From contig JBMFSQ010000002.1 in the NCBI GenBank assembly GCA_049967475.1, positions 1 to 64,000 of the forward strand: 64,000 nucleotides of DNA. Reading direction: 5' to 3'. A model generated the notes under the pieces. That model was not told the DNA's origin and did not search any database. It worked only from the letters and a program-made list of their open reading frames with translations. A program made the translations under genes and the position numbers. Numbering within the stretch: the first letter of the stretch is position 1; every line of letters starts with the position of its first letter. Of the stretch, positions 9,201-18,349 are shown piece after piece. Source of the stretch: Chthonomonadales bacterium. Lineage in GTDB: Bacteria; Armatimonadota; Chthonomonadetes; Chthonomonadales; CAJBBX01.

Positions 9201-11344
9201 CTGAGTTTTCCGGCGACATAGGCATCAACCGCAAGGTATTGGTGGTGAACCGCGCTTCGGTACGATTGGGGGCGGCATCGCTTGCAATGGAAGGATCCGT
9301 GGTCGTCGGGGGCAGTATTGAGGGGGATCTTTCTCTCAACAACCTTTCCCTAGACGCTGTCAGGCGGTGGCTGCCCCAAAACGCGAACCTTGCACAGTTA
9401 TCGGGGAATGCAGATGAAGTAGATGTGCGCATCGCCGGCACCACGCGCGACCCCGTCGTAACAGCCACGTTGGATCTCAGCGCCATCCATTGGACGGATC
9501 CCAATCCGAACCATCCGCCGATCCAGATCAACCTTCCCCGAGTTCTTACGTCCGCCATTACGATTTCCGGCGGGCGGCTGAGCGTGCCGGACATCGGCAT
9601 TCAGGTGAAGGAACCTCCTCGCGTGGTTGCGAATGCAGGCAGTACCCTCACTGCGAGTTCTGCTCGCTCAGAAGCTGCTGGGACCGCTGCAACGAAGACG
9701 CTGTTTTCCGCTCCACCGCCCCCTGCTGTTTACGAGGTACATGCATCCGGGGACTTGGATTTCGTGTGGCAGCCGCCGTTCATCCCGACGGACGCCTCGG
9801 TGAACCTCTCCATCCGGGTGAAGCAGCAAGGTTTGGGGCTCCTCACTTCCATCTTCCCCCAGGCGAACCTCGTGATGGATGGCACCATCCAAGAAGCCTC
9901 GCTCGATTACCACGGCTCGCTGGATCAGTTTCGCTCTTCCCCTGCGCGGGGGGTAGGCGTCCACGCGACACAGCCTACGATAGCCGGCGCGATCCGCGTT
10001 ACCGCCAATCGCATCGCTGGTCCCTTTGTACGTACCGAGGTGCGTAATCTCGATGCCCGCTTCCACTTCGATGGGGACACTCTTCACACAGACCGCTTTA
10101 CAGCACACACGGCCATAAGCGGGCGCGGCGGCAGTGTAATTCTGAGTGACCCCATCGTGATGAGTGGGTCCCTGCCTGTGAGCGCCCCGCAACCTGGGGA
10201 GGACCTCACGATATCCGCCCCGCGCGTGCTCTTTATGATCGCGCCCTTGCCGAGGTTCACAAGCGGAAGCATCCTCGGAGAGCTTACCACCACCAATCCC
10301 GGCACCGGCAGGCCCGAACCAGTGCACATCGAAGGGGCGTTCTTCAGCCCTACTATCCGAGGGACCGTTTACCTCCACGATGTATTGTTCCGGCTGCCGA
10401 GTGACTTTGCTGCCCAGCCAGGAGCGCAGCTATCGCTTCCCATTGTGCCGGCCTTCGATCTGCGCATTGCGGGCAACCGCAATATCCACGTCACCGGAGC
10501 ATGGGTCAACGCATACGTGTTCACGGCTCCAACAGACCCCATCCACATCGCGGGATCCCTGGACGATCCGCAGATTACGGGCACCATTAAAGTGGATCAC
10601 GGCGTTCTCACCTTTCCCACGATGCGCTTCAATATCGTGAGGGGTGGAGAGACCACACTCAGGTATCCTTACTTCCCCATCGGGGCGCCTCAGGAAAAGA
10701 CCTTCATGGCGATGGTGAACCTCTCCGCCCGGGGGAGCCTCACGGCCACATCAGTTACTGGCCGGACCAGACGGTATACTGTAACCGTTGATGCGCGGGG
10801 ACCCATCAGCGGCCTGGAGCCGTTGGAAGCGCCGGCTGAGGGCGAGCCGTCAATGAACCGAGGCATGGGTGGTCTGCGGCTTTCTTTCCGGTCAGATCCG
10901 CCTGACCTCGCGCTCACCCAGGAGGGATTACAGCGGCGCATCACCGGATTGCTTGGCGGAGAACAGGCAATCCAGCAGCTTTTCAGCCCGGGTCCTAACG
11001 TGGGCCGGGCTCTTGCCCAACAGTTCACGGATGTCTTCTCGACGGCCGTATTGCCGAACCTGTTCGAGCAAGCAGGAATAACGAAGGCGCTTGGGCTAGA
11101 AGAGCTTCAGATAGGGTATAACCGCCTGGACGCATTCACACTTCAGGTTACGCGCAGGCTCCTGGGCCCATTCTACGCAGGCTATTGGAGGCGTCTCTCG
11201 GGTGCGAACCTCGCAGGAGACACCGAACGGGCAGCATGGGAGCTTAAGCTCAGCTACCGTGTGCGTTCGAACCTGCAATTCTCATGGACTACGGACGAAC
11301 AGCATCAGAACGCGTACTTGCTGGAGGGCGTCTTGAGATACTAG
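6212..11344 (+). CDS. tamB: Translocation/assembly module TamB-like (AsmA/DUF490) protein
   Basis: 1710 aa; N-terminal TM anchor, repetitive beta-rich segments (GSLDDPQITG, GDWNNPSLAG), DUF490-like C-terminus (LSFRSDPP...ELKLSYRV). Lies upstream of bamA. Confidence 0.85.
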   Translation: MMRTLRRLVSTLLFLVPLMAVAVLAALSLKRYLGLAQEHLPPIVAEEVRKITGHEVSIGRIRIQPGAARIYDVRMARSATFRQSRGDTLATAREVILDLDFRRLIVEKNPAVPLFQQMEVRDPTAYMRRSPRGAFNFMDLFAKAGKPPPRPIFGTIIFSGGVITFDDAGGFHNPGRSPLPFHALFRDLNGHVDFFPDHSIAWAARARETTGQAGNVVVTGSYVPGREDVFFRITADRVSTDIVKNLMPPAINVWGGDLAGDVSIYRRLDARKREHFDIQANASVQAASAQVRGLSEPIRNISGAVAFTYPALYWNLDASLAGTALHSDAALLDINKPVLRGTMRAHQLRLAGLLRALGMQTRFAALKRMDATGDANVAFAGPLDRLFVTASGPVRFRGALPGGVEIPSEARARYAFSGSVQRPFAQISGSIPAVKVRGVVLRNASFSAYTNGDATSGRLQASAGGGYVGALARILRSGPTFRYRVFARLRDVELHGIPVLPETRLAGVLSADVSLNGTGRSSFPSGSANVQVSDLNLNSIRARNVSASIISQNGVLTLRPLVIRDPAGIVVASGTVSPSRHALDLRVDGDDLALADLPLPEQVRRAALKGTVYVRDAHIYGDWNNPSLAGTARGYDIAVGQHVRLDYATVRAEGNLRELNLSEGQVWRFPGFAALSGTVRDILSPRAQIDVAGTFDRIDLEDLVRMAGADVQASGTAQGDFAVEGYLSRPIIVANNLQIQAPTLGAYTFENLSADVTADFTQSPGILTAGHFDLGYRDPSAPEQAITHITGNAQITTDRRFSARAAVDRMDLGLLTPLAQPYAELSGFASVDAEVSGRMLQAGGYEFKGKAATLTQDLKINNEPFPDFAASLAFNQDGLEGTLHPVGGSLRPDATAPGIHLDRIAVDYPQGSGSTPSIGVQGRVRGVLFQTIRSILQRSPAFAEKGPNAFADWLQRIEHPFGGTLNAVFAVAGPPSNPDVHMKWSSDHLTIDDQPVAEFSGDIGINRKVLVVNRASVRLGAASLAMEGSVVVGGSIEGDLSLNNLSLDAVRRWLPQNANLAQLSGNADEVDVRIAGTTRDPVVTATLDLSAIHWTDPNPNHPPIQINLPRVLTSAITISGGRLSVPDIGIQVKEPPRVVANAGSTLTASSARSEAAGTAATKTLFSAPPPPAVYEVHASGDLDFVWQPPFIPTDASVNLSIRVKQQGLGLLTSIFPQANLVMDGTIQEASLDYHGSLDQFRSSPARGVGVHATQPTIAGAIRVTANRIAGPFVRTEVRNLDARFHFDGDTLHTDRFTAHTAISGRGGSVILSDPIVMSGSLPVSAPQPGEDLTISAPRVLFMIAPLPRFTSGSILGELTTTNPGTGRPEPVHIEGAFFSPTIRGTVYLHDVLFRLPSDFAAQPGAQLSLPIVPAFDLRIAGNRNIHVTGAWVNAYVFTAPTDPIHIAGSLDDPQITGTIKVDHGVLTFPTMRFNIVRGGETTLRYPYFPIGAPQEKTFMAMVNLSARGSLTATSVTGRTRRYTVTVDARGPISGLEPLEAPAEGEPSMNRGMGGLRLSFRSDPPDLALTQEGLQRRITGLLGGEQAIQQLFSPGPNVGRALAQQFTDVFSTAVLPNLFEQAGITKALGLEELQIGYNRLDAFTLQVTRRLLGPFYAGYWRRLSGANLAGDTERAAWELKLSYRVRSNLQFSWTTDEQHQNAYLLEGVLRY

Positions 11345-11450
11345 AAAGGCCGCCGGCCAGGGGCCTAAGCCCCGTGCGCGGGTATCGGTACGGCCGTTGA
11401 CACAGAACAATCCGGTCGCGGCTGGAATCTGGGGTGAGAAGGGCCGGCTC

Positions 11451-12029
11451 ATGAGCGATCACCAGGCAGGCGAAGCCGGGAAGAGCCTGACCTTCGACGC
11501 TCTGGTTGCCGCATACGAAAAGAAGATCTTCAACGTAGTCTACCGCATCTTGGGCGATTATGAGGAAGCGGCGGATGTTACCCAGGAAGTGTTCATCAGC
11601 GCCTATAAGGCCTATGACCGCTTCCGGGGCGATGCGAAGGTCTTCACGTGGCTCTACCAGATCGCCATCAACCATTGCCGCAACCGCCTCCGCCAACGCG
11701 GGCGTGCCAGGGCATTGAAGGTAGAGTCCCTGGATGAGCCCCGGGCGTCGGCCGACGACGTCGAGGGACCGACACGCGAGATCGCCGATGAAACGTTTGC
11801 TCCCGAGGCGGTACTCGAAGAGAAGGAACTGCGCGAGCGGGTGCTCCGCGCGGTAGAGACGTTGCCGCCGGAGTACCGGGAAGTAGTGGTTTTGCGAGAG
11901 ATGCAAGGCCTTTCATACAATGAGATCGCCGAGGCAACGCATCTGTCTCTGGATAATGTAAAGACGCGGCTTTCGCGCGCCCGCGCTATGCTGCGCCGGA
12001 AGCTCGAACCTTATTATCGCGGGGGATGA
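11451..12029 (+). CDS. ECF (sigma-70 group 4, RpoE/SigW-like) RNA polymerase sigma factor
   Basis: EAADVTQEVF, FTWLYQIAINHCRN (region 2), LPPEYREVVVLREMQGLSYNEIAE...NVKTRLSRAR (region 4). Confidence 0.93.
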   Translation: MSDHQAGEAGKSLTFDALVAAYEKKIFNVVYRILGDYEEAADVTQEVFISAYKAYDRFRGDAKVFTWLYQIAINHCRNRLRQRGRARALKVESLDEPRASADDVEGPTREIADETFAPEAVLEEKELRERVLRAVETLPPEYREVVVLREMQGLSYNEIAEATHLSLDNVKTRLSRARAMLRRKLEPYYRGG

Positions 12030-12085
12030 GGCAACCCGCCGAACGGGTATGCCGAAGGCCCCTTGGCTTACAGGAGGACATCAGA

Positions 12086-13945
12086 GTGCACTTATCCAGG
12101 CACGGTCGGAGGGGGCTGTCATTGGTGGTGTCGGGCATCCTTGCCTTGATGGCTCAGCCACCCCTCCAGGCACAACAGCCGCCTCCCAAGATCGCTGAAA
12201 TCATCGTGGTGGGCAACAAAGTCCTCAACCGTGAGTCCATCGTGTCGGCATCGGGCCTCAAAATAGGCGATCCGGTTACCCAGGCGAGCCTTGACGAGGC
12301 CAAGCGGCGCCTCATCCAAACGGGAAACTTCGGCACGCACTCGGCGAACCCGGATGACGCCGTGAAGATCCAGGCGGAAGTTACCGGCCAGAATGCCAAG
12401 GTCGTAATAGATGTGGACGAGAATGACGTCGTCAAAGGCATCAACCTCACCGGCACAGGCCCAATACCTCCCGCAGTCCTTCTGGGCACCCCCGAGCACC
12501 CCGGCCTCATCCAAACGAAGGTAGGGAATATCCTTAATCTACCCATCCTCCAACAAGACCTCACCCGCATCACCGATTACTATCGCCAGAAGGGCTACGA
12601 GGCCATGGCCAGTGAAGACCTGGGCATGAAAGACGGCATTCTCAACATCCCGCTCATCGTGGCCAAGGTTCAAAGTGTGCGCATCAACGGCCTCCACAAA
12701 ACGAAACCCTATGTAGTGCTCCGTGAGATGCACCAGAAGCAAGGCGCTTATTTCAATGTGAACGAACTGCGGGAAGACGTGACGCGCTTGCTCAACACCG
12801 ACCTCTTTGAAGATGTGGCGCCGGCGATCTCTGCTCCCAGCCCGGGTAAGGTTGATATAACCCTCAACATCACCGAAAAGCGCACCGGGAGTGTGGAACT
12901 GGCGATCGGATACGGAAACCAGGGAGGTCTGGTAGGCCGGGCAGGCATCTCAGACAACAACTTCATGGGTCGTGATCAGCAGGTGAGCTTCCTATGGGAA
13001 ACAGGAGGGCTCGCAAACCGTAACAGTTTCGAACTCGGATTTACGGAGCCATGGTTGGATAAACGCAATACCTCCCTATCCGTGAGCCTTTTTGACAAGA
13101 CGGTGTACCGCTTCTCACAGCAGATCAGCAGCATTACCCCGCCCACTGGCACCACATCCAGCGATTACTACTACGAGACACATACCGGCGGCCAGATCAC
13201 CGTAAGCCGCCCGTTCAGCAAAGCGTATCGCGGGTTCGTAGGCTTCCGATACGACGATGTAAGGGTCCCGGCACTCGCATTGAGCGTAACCGATAGCCGC
13301 CTTTTACAGAATGGCCCCCTCACCGTAATCAACCTTCGTGTAACACACAATACGCGGGATCTGGATTTGGAGCCCGCAACAGGAGGCTACGAGATCTACC
13401 AAGGCGACATTGGCCGGGCAGATCTGCGGCCGGTCGTGACCAGCTCGGGAACGCCGGCTCCCGGCGTATTCGGCATCCTCAACTATACGCGCCTGGCCAT
13501 TGATGCCCGCCGCTACTTCAGCCCTCAGGGGCGGCGCAAAAGCCCCAAGGATAAGCGCCAAGTATTCGCATTGCGCTTGATGCTAGGCACCTCCACCGGC
13601 ACGCTTCCTTTCTCGGAGCAGTGGTTTATTGGCGGCGCCGAAACCCTGCGAGGATACCGGGAGGACCGCTTCTGGGGAAGCAATGAATTCTTGGCGTCAC
13701 TTGAGTTTCGCCAACCCTTGGCCAACAACCTAACCGGGGTCCTTTTTGTAGATGCCGGCGATGCGTGGGGCGGCCCTTACGAAACCGTTAAGCTCTCCGA
13801 CTTCACCCAACATTCCGGCTTCAGCCCTTCCGTCGGCTTCGGGCTGGGATTGAGGGTGCTTACACCCATCGGACCCATCCGTATTGACGAAGGCTTCGGG
13901 CGCGAAGGCGCGCAAACACACTTCAGCATCGGTCACGTATTTTAA
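12086..13945 (+). CDS. bamA: Omp85/BamA outer-membrane protein assembly factor (about 3 POTRA domains)
   Basis: POTRA-like repeats (GNKVLNRE, GLHKTKPYVVLRE), FTEPWL, GGAETLRGY lid motif, FVDAGDAW, TPIGPIRID, C-terminal HFSIGHVF. GTG at 12086 after AGGAGG. Confidence 0.92.
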   Translation: MHLSRHGRRGLSLVVSGILALMAQPPLQAQQPPPKIAEIIVVGNKVLNRESIVSASGLKIGDPVTQASLDEAKRRLIQTGNFGTHSANPDDAVKIQAEVTGQNAKVVIDVDENDVVKGINLTGTGPIPPAVLLGTPEHPGLIQTKVGNILNLPILQQDLTRITDYYRQKGYEAMASEDLGMKDGILNIPLIVAKVQSVRINGLHKTKPYVVLREMHQKQGAYFNVNELREDVTRLLNTDLFEDVAPAISAPSPGKVDITLNITEKRTGSVELAIGYGNQGGLVGRAGISDNNFMGRDQQVSFLWETGGLANRNSFELGFTEPWLDKRNTSLSVSLFDKTVYRFSQQISSITPPTGTTSSDYYYETHTGGQITVSRPFSKAYRGFVGFRYDDVRVPALALSVTDSRLLQNGPLTVINLRVTHNTRDLDLEPATGGYEIYQGDIGRADLRPVVTSSGTPAPGVFGILNYTRLAIDARRYFSPQGRRKSPKDKRQVFALRLMLGTSTGTLPFSEQWFIGGAETLRGYREDRFWGSNEFLASLEFRQPLANNLTGVLFVDAGDAWGGPYETVKLSDFTQHSGFSPSVGFGLGLRVLTPIGPIRIDEGFGREGAQTHFSIGHVF

Positions 13946-14011
13946 TGTAGGCGGCGCTTCAACGGAGTGGCGGCGCCGCCGACCCGGGGTCTTTCGGGGT
14001 CTCGTTGCACG

Positions 14012-14020
14012 TGCTATAAT
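14012..14020 (+). promoter_or_regulatory. Extended -10 promoter (TGnTATAAT) upstream of the first skp gene
   Basis: TGCTATAAT about 30 nt upstream of the ATG at 14052. Confidence 0.6.
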
Positions 14021-14051
14021 GGTGAGGTTCCCAAACAGAGAGGAGTACTTG

Positions 14052-14711
14052 ATGTCGCAATCTGTAACCTGGTGGCGCATATCCGTTCTGGCCGCCATCG
14101 CCATGTGTATCGCCTTCTCACTGAGCGCCACAGGGCAAGGGAAACCGGCAGGCCTGGGCATGGCTACAGTGGACATTAACAAAATACAGGCCGAATACAA
14201 GCAGATGAACCTGCTTCAAACGGATCTGAACGTGCTGAAGCAGCGCCTCGCCGCGCAGCTTGACCGCCGACAGCAGATGCCGCTCCTTAGCGAGGAAGAC
14301 CAGAAGACCCTCGATGCCATCTACGCAAAAGACGTAGCAGCCCAAACAGCCGAAGACAAAAAGAAGATCGAAGAGATTACGAGCCGCGGCCAGGCGCTAA
14401 ACAACGAGTTCACCGCTTTGCGCCAAAAAGCTGAGAAGGACCTTACCGATGCAGATAAGAAGCGCATCAAGGAGCTGGAAGATCTCTACGTAAAGTCCCA
14501 ACAGGAGCTGGGGAACCTGCGGGATCAGAGCGAGAACACGATCAAGCAGTTTGTTACTCAGCATTCTGAAGAGCTTACCAATAATATGCGGGCTGCGATC
14601 AAGAAGGTGGCCGAACAGAAAGGCATCGCGATCGTATTCACCAGTGAGATTGCGCCGTATGCCGGTACGGATATTACCGCCCAAGTTATCGCAGAGCTCA
14701 ACAAGAAGTAG
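14052..14711 (+). CDS. skp: OmpH/Skp-family periplasmic chaperone
   Basis: Signal peptide, ATVDINKI, long coiled coil, AIKKVAEQKGIAIVF...TDITAQVIAELN. Directly follows bamA. Confidence 0.88.
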   Translation: MSQSVTWWRISVLAAIAMCIAFSLSATGQGKPAGLGMATVDINKIQAEYKQMNLLQTDLNVLKQRLAAQLDRRQQMPLLSEEDQKTLDAIYAKDVAAQTAEDKKKIEEITSRGQALNNEFTALRQKAEKDLTDADKKRIKELEDLYVKSQQELGNLRDQSENTIKQFVTQHSEELTNNMRAAIKKVAEQKGIAIVFTSEIAPYAGTDITAQVIAELNKK

Positions 14712-15864
14712 CCTGGCGGCAATAGGGCTACTCGCTCTTTGCGCCGGGCAAGGATGCGGTGCCCACCAGAGGCACTCCGCAGTCCCGATGGTTTTTGTAC
14801 GCTTGCAAAGCCTGCTGCCGCTTCATCCGGCCTGGAGCGATGTGGCTCGGCTCAACAGCCTGATGGCGCAGATCTCCGGTCCGCTCGAGTTCTATGAGCC
14901 CAAACGGCGCTCTGCACCCCAGCAAGTATTGCCTGCTGCGCTCCCGCCGCCGGCCATCAAAGAAGCCGTCCTTGCATCACGTGAAAGGGCCCGCATCAAC
15001 CGGGTAGTCCGCCAAGCCATGACACGCCTCAATAATCTGAGGAATACCTTGGATGTAAGAGAGGCCAGGCTCTTCAACGCGCGGCGCAGGGCAATCGAAG
15101 CTCAGGCGCAAGGCGATATCGCTGAGTACCTAGCCGCCGCCGCTGCCGAAGCGAAGGCCCAGAATGATGCCATCCGCCGCAACTCCCATGGGCCTATTCG
15201 GGACCTATGGCTCAAGCAGTTTGCACTGGAGACACAGGTGAATGGATTGCCTGCCGGGGCCGCCCGAGAGAAGGCTGAAAAGGACCTGCAGACGACCGAG
15301 CAGGAGCGCGCGCGCATGGAAGCTCGGCTCGCGGAGCGCCTGATGCAGGCCGAACAAACAGCAAAAGCGAACCAAGAAGCGTGGGTGCAAAACCGAGAGC
15401 GGCGCACTGCAAGCGAGCTGGCCGCCGCCCAGCGCGATCTCCATGCCCGCACAGAGGCGGAGATCCGGTCAAGCCAACAATTGGCGGAACTCATTCTGAA
15501 AGGGCTTGAGCCTCTGGAGCCTCCCGCTCTGCCCCCATCGAGCGCCGATGGGGCAATCGGCATCCCCGAAGCCTTGCTGCAGCCCATTGCGCCCGCCCCA
15601 CCCGCCCCATTCCAACAAGGCGCTGGGGCCGTACGGCGCGCGCGATCGCAGCTCCAGGCCGAACGCGCTCGGCAATTGCATGTCATCATCTGGGATCTGC
15701 AGCGTCGGGTAAAGGCGATAGCCCTGCAGCATGGATGGCAGGTGTCCTTCCGCCCAGTCCCGGGCGGACGCGACGTTACGCAAGAGGTCGCCCGCTTGCT
15801 GCGGGTGGGCCCGTACAGCTTCCAAGAACAAACTGCATCGTCAACCATCACGGTAGCGCCATGA
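14659..15864 (+). CDS. Elongated Skp/OmpH-like coiled-coil protein, probable lipoprotein
   Basis: Lipobox-like LCAGQGC, N-terminal FVRLQSLLPLHP, C-terminal VKAIALQHGWQV...RDVTQEVARLL resembling the Skp ends. Stop overlaps the lpxD ATG (ATGA). Start uncertain. Confidence 0.6.
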   Translation: MPVRILPPKLSQSSTRSSLAAIGLLALCAGQGCGAHQRHSAVPMVFVRLQSLLPLHPAWSDVARLNSLMAQISGPLEFYEPKRRSAPQQVLPAALPPPAIKEAVLASRERARINRVVRQAMTRLNNLRNTLDVREARLFNARRRAIEAQAQGDIAEYLAAAAAEAKAQNDAIRRNSHGPIRDLWLKQFALETQVNGLPAGAAREKAEKDLQTTEQERARMEARLAERLMQAEQTAKANQEAWVQNRERRTASELAAAQRDLHARTEAEIRSSQQLAELILKGLEPLEPPALPPSSADGAIGIPEALLQPIAPAPPAPFQQGAGAVRRARSQLQAERARQLHVIIWDLQRRVKAIALQHGWQVSFRPVPGGRDVTQEVARLLRVGPYSFQEQTASSTITVAP

Positions 15865-17006
15865 CCAACACGACATTACCACTCGATCCGGCACAACCCG
15901 CCGGCCCCAGACCCCGCACGGTAGGTGAGCTCGCGCGCCACGTGGAGGGCGCCGTCGTAGGCAATCAGGATGCCGTGATCTTTGGCGTGTCCAGCATCGA
16001 AGACGCCGAGGCAGGCGATATCGTCTTCGCCGAGAACCCGCGCTTCCTTTCCGAGGCCCAGAGGTCACGGGCGTCGGCCATCATTGCATTCCTCGATGCT
16101 ACTACACCCGACAAGCCTCTCATCCGAGTGGACAACCCACGCTATGCCTTCACTAAGATCCTCAAAATGTTTGCCCCACCGCTGAATGCTCCAAAAGGCA
16201 TCCACCCAACCGCCATTATTGGCAGCGGCGCCAAGATTGGTACCAATGTGTCCATCGGTCCCCACGTGGTCGTCGGGGAACGCGCCCAAGTGGGGGATCG
16301 TTCCGTCCTCATGGCGGGAACGGTCCTCGGAAACGAGGCCGTTGTGGGTGAAGACTGCGTGCTCTTTCCCAACGTGACCGTATACGCCGGATGCACCCTC
16401 GGCAACAGGGTGGTACTCCACGCCGGTGTCGTTGTAGGGGCGGACGGCTTCGGATACATGCGGGTGGGCGATCAGAGCATCAAGATCCCTCAGATCGGCA
16501 CCGTAACCATCGAAGATGATGTGGAAGTCGGCGCCAACAGCACCATAGACCGGGCGAAAACAGGCGCCACGGTCATCGGTGCCCGCACGAAGATTGACAA
16601 TCTGGTGCACATCGCCCACAACGTCAAGATCGGTCCAGACTGCATCATCGTAGCCCAAGTCGGCATTGCCGGGAGCTGCCAGATCGGCCGCGGCGCCATG
16701 CTCGCCGGGCAGGCAGGCATCAAGGATCACGTAACGATTGGGGAAGGCGCCATCATCCATGCCCAAGCCGGGGTGTTCGGCAACATCGAACCCGGTGCAG
16801 AAGTGTCGGGATACCCTGCCCGGCCTCACAGGGAACGCCTGCGCATGGATGCAGCCGTAGCCAACCTTCCGGAGTACGTCAAGCGCATCCGAACTCTGGA
16901 GAAGGCAAACGCAGAATTGGAAGCCCGGCTGCGCAGGCTCGAGGAGGCTATGCGCCTACACCGAGCCGGGGAACCCGCCGGCGAGGCGGTGGCGGGCGAT
17001 GGCTGA
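15861..17006 (+). CDS. lpxD: UDP-3-O-(3-hydroxyacyl)glucosamine N-acyltransferase
   Basis: Hexapeptide repeats, GADGFGY, IPQIGTVTIEDDVEVGANSTIDRA, KIDNLVHIAHNV. Confidence 0.96.
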   Translation: MTNTTLPLDPAQPAGPRPRTVGELARHVEGAVVGNQDAVIFGVSSIEDAEAGDIVFAENPRFLSEAQRSRASAIIAFLDATTPDKPLIRVDNPRYAFTKILKMFAPPLNAPKGIHPTAIIGSGAKIGTNVSIGPHVVVGERAQVGDRSVLMAGTVLGNEAVVGEDCVLFPNVTVYAGCTLGNRVVLHAGVVVGADGFGYMRVGDQSIKIPQIGTVTIEDDVEVGANSTIDRAKTGATVIGARTKIDNLVHIAHNVKIGPDCIIVAQVGIAGSCQIGRGAMLAGQAGIKDHVTIGEGAIIHAQAGVFGNIEPGAEVSGYPARPHRERLRMDAAVANLPEYVKRIRTLEKANAELEARLRRLEEAMRLHRAGEPAGEAVAGDG

Positions 17007-17877
17007 TGCGCCGCAAACGAGCCTCGTCCAACGGCAAACAACGCTGGCACGATCGGTAGTTCTCGAGGGGTTTGGCCTCCACACCGGCGCTGCGGCCCGC
17101 GTTACTCTCAGTCCCGCCGAGGCGAACACCGGCATCGTCTTCTACCGAGCGGGTGTGGTGATCCCCGCGCACGCTTGTTGCGTGGCATCAACAACGCGGT
17201 GTACGGTGCTGGCTTCAGAAGGGGTTCAGGTTCATACAGTCGAACACCTGCTTTCTGCGGTCTTCGCACTCGAAGTGGACAACCTTACTATCGAGGTGGA
17301 AGGCACGGAACTTCCTGCGCTTGATGGAAGCGCTCTCCCATGGGCCCGGGCTATTCTGGATGCGGGCATCGTGCCTTTGGAACAACAACGCATGAACGCC
17401 ACACTTCTGCAACCAGTGGTGCTCAACCAGGGCGCATCCTGGATGGTCGCCGTACCGGCAGACCGGCCCCTCCTTACCTGTGTGACCCATTTCGACCATC
17501 CTCTTCTGGGCACCCAAGCGTCCTTCTACGATGGTTCGGTGTCCTATTACCTCAGCGAGATCGCTCCAGCCCGAACCTTCGGCTTTGTGGAGGAGGTTGA
17601 TGAGCTCAACCGAGCCGGTTTGGCCCAGGGGGGTTCCCTGGATAACGCCCTCATCATCTTCTCAGATCATTTTTCCACCCCCGAACGCGTGGAACATGAA
17701 TGCAACCGCCACAAATTGCTGGACCTTATGGGCGACTTGATGCTCACCGGTTGCCGCCCAGCCGCATCTGTTACCGCCATCCGCCCAAGCCATACCGTAA
17801 ACGCGCTCTTCGCGAGGGCGCTTGCAGAGCACCTTTGCACCCATCCGATGAAGGAGACACTGAATGCTGGACGTTGA
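16999..17877 (+). CDS. lpxC: UDP-3-O-acyl-N-acetylglucosamine deacetylase
   Basis: GFGLHTG, TVEHLLSA, LPALDGS, IAPARTFGF, GGSLDNA, HKLLDLMGDL. Confidence 0.96.
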   Translation: MADAPQTSLVQRQTTLARSVVLEGFGLHTGAAARVTLSPAEANTGIVFYRAGVVIPAHACCVASTTRCTVLASEGVQVHTVEHLLSAVFALEVDNLTIEVEGTELPALDGSALPWARAILDAGIVPLEQQRMNATLLQPVVLNQGASWMVAVPADRPLLTCVTHFDHPLLGTQASFYDGSVSYYLSEIAPARTFGFVEEVDELNRAGLAQGGSLDNALIIFSDHFSTPERVEHECNRHKLLDLMGDLMLTGCRPAASVTAIRPSHTVNALFARALAEHLCTHPMKETLNAGR

Positions 17878-18346
17878 ACAGATACGGTCCTTCCTCCCGC
17901 ACCGTTACCCAATGCTCCTGGTGGACCGCATCCTCGAGATCGAACCAGGGAAGCGGGCCGTAGGGCTCAAGAACGTCACCATCAACGAAGAATTCTTTAA
18001 CGGCCACTTTCCCGGCCAGGCAATGATGCCGGGGGTACTCATTCTGGAAGCAATGGCCCAGGTAGGCGGCGTGTTGATGCTTTCGTTGCCGGAACATCGC
18101 AACAAGCTGGCGGTGATCGGAGGCATCGAGAATGTGCGCTTCCGCAAACCCGTGGTGCCGGGGGATGCCCTCATCACCGAGGTGGAAGTCCTCAACGTAC
18201 GCAAGACCTTCGGCAGGATCCGGCTGGTGGGTCGCGTGAACAACGAAATCGTGGCTTCGTGCGAAATGACCTTCGGCTTGGTCGAACGGCGTAGCGATCC
18301 TGCCGGTGAACGGTCAGACCCCATATTCGGCAATAACGAGGAATAG
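17864..18346 (+). CDS. fabZ: 3-hydroxyacyl-ACP dehydratase
   Basis: LPHRYPMLLVDRI, KNVTINEEFFNGHFP, MPGVLILEAMAQ, FRKPVVPGD. Confidence 0.97.
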   Translation: MLDVEQIRSFLPHRYPMLLVDRILEIEPGKRAVGLKNVTINEEFFNGHFPGQAMMPGVLILEAMAQVGGVLMLSLPEHRNKLAVIGGIENVRFRKPVVPGDALITEVEVLNVRKTFGRIRLVGRVNNEIVASCEMTFGLVERRSDPAGERSDPIFGNNEE

Positions 18347-18349
18347 GCG

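Noticed and set aside
11397..11430. TTGACA upstream of the ECF sigma gene as a sigma70 promoter
   Set aside because: No acceptable -10 hexamer at 16-18 nt spacing.
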